Part shown: positions 38,614-43,355 of the stretch, one piece after another
Position numbering within the stretch: the first letter of the stretch is position 1
Layout: each line of letters opens with the position of its first letter
DNA from: Octopus bimaculoides
Lineage: Eukaryota
Assembly (NCBI RefSeq): GCF_001194135.2
Contig: NC_068988.1
Span: forward strand, 78,712,983-78,756,337
Length of the DNA stretch: 43,355 nucleotides
Direction of reading: 5' to 3'
Program-made: the position numbers and the translations under genes
Notes under the pieces: model-generated
Told to the model about the DNA's origin: nothing
What the model saw: the letters and a program-made list of their open reading frames with translations, nothing else
Database searches by the model: none

Positions 38614-38925
38614 ATGTACATGTATAAATTGTTCTTAATCGAAACAAGCAGTAAGACAGAAGAAATGAACTTGAAATGTACAGAGAAAATCTTAGTATTT
38701 ATTTAGATCTTAAAATATATAAATACACTTGACTGGTTTCACATTTGATTTTCAAAAGTGTATGCTACATGGAGTTTATTTTGAAATCTAAAGGAATTCT
38801 AATATTCTCTCTATGTATTTTGAACTTCATTTCATACATATGTATATGCACACACATATATATCTTTATATATATATACATACATGTATATATGTGTGTG
38901 TGTGCGTGTGTGCATATATATATTG

Positions 38926-38993
<68 letters not shown>

Positions 38994-39841
38994 TCATACG
39001 CACACATACACACGCATAGAAAAATATATATGTATGTATGTATGTACATACGTTCAAGTATTTACATATCTGTGTGGTAGATCATCACTAGAACACTATC
39101 TTTATTACGGTGCCAGCCAGCAATATGTTTCGTATTATACAGGATTAATTGTTGTTTACTCCCAACGAACGGAAATAATTCAACATGGTGCTTCTGTATA
39201 AATATGTATGTCGTTTGTGTTAGATTTATGTGCATGTGGGGTCTAGCCTTCAGGTGAATGTATTCTCAACTTCTTATTCATTTGGTGAAGGTTTGTTTAG
39301 CTTACTTACCTTCTATGGCAAAAACAGAGCAACATACTTTACCATTGTTTCTAGAAAACCGGCATACAAGATCGTAGGCTAAAAAGACTGCGATCTCTTG
39401 TTGTTGTGGTCTCTTTATATCCTAATAGATACTGAAAATGTATCTGCACTAAAAGTGATTATAAATATATTTGTGCATATATTTGTGTTCATAAGTGTTC
39501 AAATTAAGATTCACTATCTTCTGATCGCAATAATAATTAACTACTATTCATCAGGTACAAGGCTTGCCAACAAGATCATATCATAATTCATGAATTTAGC
39601 AACCGAATAACCATTAGTGATTATTTCATTGTTCGGAACACTCATCATCAGACAAGTCCTTAGATAAATTAGAGTTCTTCACTCAGCACCATACCAAACA
39701 CTTGCGGTTTTCTTTTTCTTACTTTCACCGTATCACCTGTTCCTGTTATTCGTAAGTGGCCATACGTGGTCGTAACGTGTACTTTCCATAACTTAAGAGT
39801 GAATCCTACCTTACGATATTTACGCGCGTATATAACGTATT

Positions 39842-39881
<40 letters not shown>

Positions 39882-40589
39882 TGTTTATATATATGTATGT
39901 GTATGTGTATGTATATGTGTGTATGCGTTCATTCACCAGGAGCGATAAATTACGTAACTCTATAGAGGTGTAGAGTATTCTTCAATACATTATCACTGAA
40001 AGGCTCCTATTTCCAGTGCTCTGAGTTTATTTGTTTCCGATCATCAGCCGATATTCTGAGTCTGCTTTTCTATTGAAATATTCACTGTGTATTCTTTTTA
40101 TTATGAAATGAACATTCGAAGAAAAATCTTGTTTTATGTTCTTTTGTTTTAAAAATAACTTGTGAGTGACACGTACAAAAACGGCTGCTTCAAGCTCACG
40201 CTTTTATTTCATTTCTGGTACCCGTCGGAATATTCCAAAAAAAAAAAAAGAGAAAAGAAAAAACGTTTTAAACTTTATACGAGCAAAGTCACTCTAATAA
40301 CTTGCCTCATGAAATTGCGTCGTTGAGAAATGTATTGAAGTAATACTTTTGACATTTAAAAAAATACTGAATGTGTGAGACGCTTATGTGATTTCTGTAC
40401 ACACGTGCAAATGCTTATTTACACACGTATACACATTTATACGCACTTGTATACACGTAATTATATATGCGTGTACATATACGTACATGCATATTCACGT
40501 ATATGGACACATGAACACACACACTCACTTATTAAAGTGTATATCAATTAAACATTTCTGAACAAATATTTTATTTCCTGAACTGAGTC

Positions 40590-41855
40590 TAAATTACCGG
40601 AGACCGGTATTTACTTAAAAGGTACTTAGCTCCGTGCATACAAGGCGCTAGCAGTTTGGTCCTTTGGTTCAAACTAATAGTCTTGAGTCAAAGTTCTTGA
40701 TTTTATGCTTAAAGGCCACACTACATTTTGATCTCAAGCCAATGTTCCTGTATGGCTACACCTTATTTACAATCGCCCAAGCAATCGTGAATTGATGTGA
40801 ACTCACATCACTCAAGAACCCTATGAATTTCGACAAAGTAGTAGCCCATTTTCCATCGAGGCTGACAAATGAAACTTTGTGCATATAAAAACGTTGTATG
40901 AAGCTTACTTCCATTGCCCCAGTATGTATTTTAGATCAATCTCTACTGCCTGATTCTACCTTTGCCAGACAGTTACCATCTACTGGGAAGTTCTCAACAA
41001 TTCTAAAATTGCAGGATCTTTGGAGACCAGCTGTTTATCTCTCTTTTCCATTCAGCTTTGCAGCATTATAAGCTCTGATATAACATCCTAAAGTCTCCCA
41101 AATGGTATAATTAATCTGAACACAGTTCCTATTCTGTATATTACTATACTTATGACCTGGTGAAAAATAGTTGTCAATTAAATTAAGGAATACTCTAGCT
41201 TTATCAGTTCTTACTGTTGGGTTAAACACTTGGTTTTACTATACAATTTTTTTCTATTCCTATTTTTACATTGTGCGTTCCCCGTGCTTTTTACTTAACT
41301 AATCTTATCGGAAAACCCACTATTTCTTAGCTGCTCCCATAATAATACCTAGCTGTTCCCTTTTCATCGTAAAATATCTTAGCCGCTCACTAATATTGTC
41401 AATGAAGTTCCTCAAGATGCAATGTGGGTGATTCGATTGTCCATTGACTTCTCATTTGGTTTGTGGTATGATCTGAATCTAGTCTTGATGTTGCGTCAAG
41501 AAAACTAACGTCGATGAGATTAATATCTACAACAATACTAAGTCCTATTTCCTGAAATACTTTAATTTTTTTCTAAATCTGTCTAAAATGTGACCGTTGC
41601 AATTTTCCGCCAAGATGAAGCCATCGTCACGATATAAACGACACTCCATTTCAGGAAGTATTTTCCCTCAATGAATTTAGAATATCTAGCCCAATAATTT
41701 CACTCACCTGAGCTCCATCATATCCACCCATATACGCAACGAATAATTCGTTCTCGTTATTCTTAACCCATGTCTTGCTATCAAAAAGCAGTTCTGATTT
41801 TCTTGAGTGCATATTTACATCGATGCCCAACATACTAATATCAGTCATTGTTTGC
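40590..41855 (-). mobile_element. Older 5'-truncated Penelope-like element (RT plus GIY-YIG pseudogene)
   Basis: DVNMHSRKSELLFDSKTWVKNN..MGGYDGAQVSEIIGL..LYRDDG (RT catalytic motif), FNP..VFLNLIDNYFSPGHK, CNFR...PVDGNCL. Many stops. Confidence 0.9.
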
Positions 41856-43124
41856 CTACATGCATGTGTGTGTATGTATGCATGCATGTATATATGTGTG
41901 TATGCATGTGTGTGCGCGTGCGCGTGTGCATGCGTGTTTATGTATGTATGTATGTATGTACGAATGCCAGCTGTAGCGAAATTATTGCAAATGTGGACAT
42001 AACTTATTTTATTAACTGATATGCAGCGTTGAAATTGCATATATTGGTAGAGGAACTCTTTCTCTTTAGAAATGTATTACTCTGCATAGTTTCTTTCATA
42101 AGCAATGCGTTACCCCATCAATGAGCCCAACTCTCGATTCCTCTTTGAAATACTCAAATATGATCTCTCGCACCCTCTTTCTCACAGGCACTTTCATTTT
42201 GTGGTGCTTTCAAATCGTTGTCTCCGAAGGCTGGTTTACATTTAGAATAACAAGTAGAAGGCGAAGGGTGTTAAACTGGAGTTGCTTGATGGATGGGGGA
42301 AGAGTGACCAATCCAATTTGTCAGTTACTTGATTTGTTACCAGGACTGAGGGTCTCCCTTGTAACAAAATGAACCCTGCTAAAGGTACTTTTTGGCTAAG
42401 CGATGATGTTAAACCGAGCAACGGATTATGTGTGACGCCGAATCGTGTGATCAAAAATAAGTGAATGCCTATATTTTTGTGGTGTTCGACATTTTAAGAA
42501 CAGTCTTATTATATCGACAGATCAATTCTAAAGAAATAATGAGAGCCTATCGTCGAACTTTAATAGAAATTACATATGTAAAAGAAATTTTAGTATTTAC
42601 TTTACGTAATATTTCCCATTGTAATCTTGCCAAAAGACGCTTATTAGAATTCACAATAACAGGTTTCCAGATACGAAAAGAAAGAAGGAAATTTATCATT
42701 ATGGTTGGCGGACCAGTACAGTTATTTTCGGAAATGGCTGGAAATAAACTTCGAAAATCAATGTCACGTTTAGAAATCGTCTTAACCACGCTTTGTGAAT
42801 TTTGGCCAGCCGTGAATTGCTAACGGCACGGCGGCTAACAAGTAAATCTTCTAATCAGTAAATTATATCGCTAGTCAATTAGTACTATCTAACTGGTTAA
42901 ATAGACTCCTCTCATCATTATTCTCTTGCATTCAGTCGATGAAAATATCTATTCTGGTATTGATTTGCTATTGATCTAGTATTGATTAAGAGAATCAGAT
43001 ATAGTCATGTAATAATATATTCATTCTTTAACATTAGCACTAGTCTATGAATATGTGAGGCTATATATGATTAGAGTCTCATCAATTAAACCATGACAGT
43101 ACAAAGTAAATTAAGTATGTCGGT

Positions 43125-43290
43125 AGCACAGGCATGGATTTGTGGCTAAGAAGTTTGGTCTACAACCATGTGACTCTAAGTTCAATCACACTGTGAGATA
43201 CCTTAACCAAGTGACTTCTTCCATCGGCTTAAATTAAGTACACGACTTGATTAGTGTTTCGATGATGGAAACTGTGCGTAGCCGGTTCAA
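43125..43290 (+). mobile_element. Old degenerate SINE family A head
   Basis: ggcatggatttgtggctaagaagtttg...caaccatgtg..aagttcaatcacactgtg..accttaaccaagtgacttct...gatggaaactg. Confidence 0.6.
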
Positions 43291-43355
43291 TATATCTATG
43301 TGTGTATGTGTATGAGTATGTATGTACCTATATATATATATATATATATATATAT

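Noticed and set aside
39605-39660. CTGATGA...GAAA on the minus strand with a possible stem III
   Set aside because: Stem I does not pair and the stem II base is mismatched
40033-40050. CTGATGA-tcg-GAAAC on the minus strand, downstream of the second Penelope
   Set aside because: No NUH site or stem I/III complement follows

Overview
Eukaryotic, AT-rich, microsatellite-saturated draft-assembly DNA with nine N-gaps. The SINE families and repeat spectrum match what I recognise from Octopus (inference). I found no recognisable host protein-coding gene; almost all long ORFs in the track are microsatellite or N-gap artefacts. The window is transposon debris: five Tc1/mariner relics, two Penelope-like (RT/GIY-YIG) relics, an RTE 5' end, a Dong/R4-like LINE, a possible piggyBac C-terminus, two MITE/foldback elements and many tRNA-derived SINEs. 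Most notable are (i) a partial tandem at ~16430-18662 of a ~1.45-kb unit that carries only a gag/ORF1-like gene (decayed CCHC knuckle, no RT), with antisense hammerhead-ribozyme-like motifs at the unit junctions, (ii) several other decayed type I hammerhead-like motifs (19658, 31601, 33077), and (iii) a ~470-bp near-total foldback element. All calls come from manual reading and need computational confirmation.
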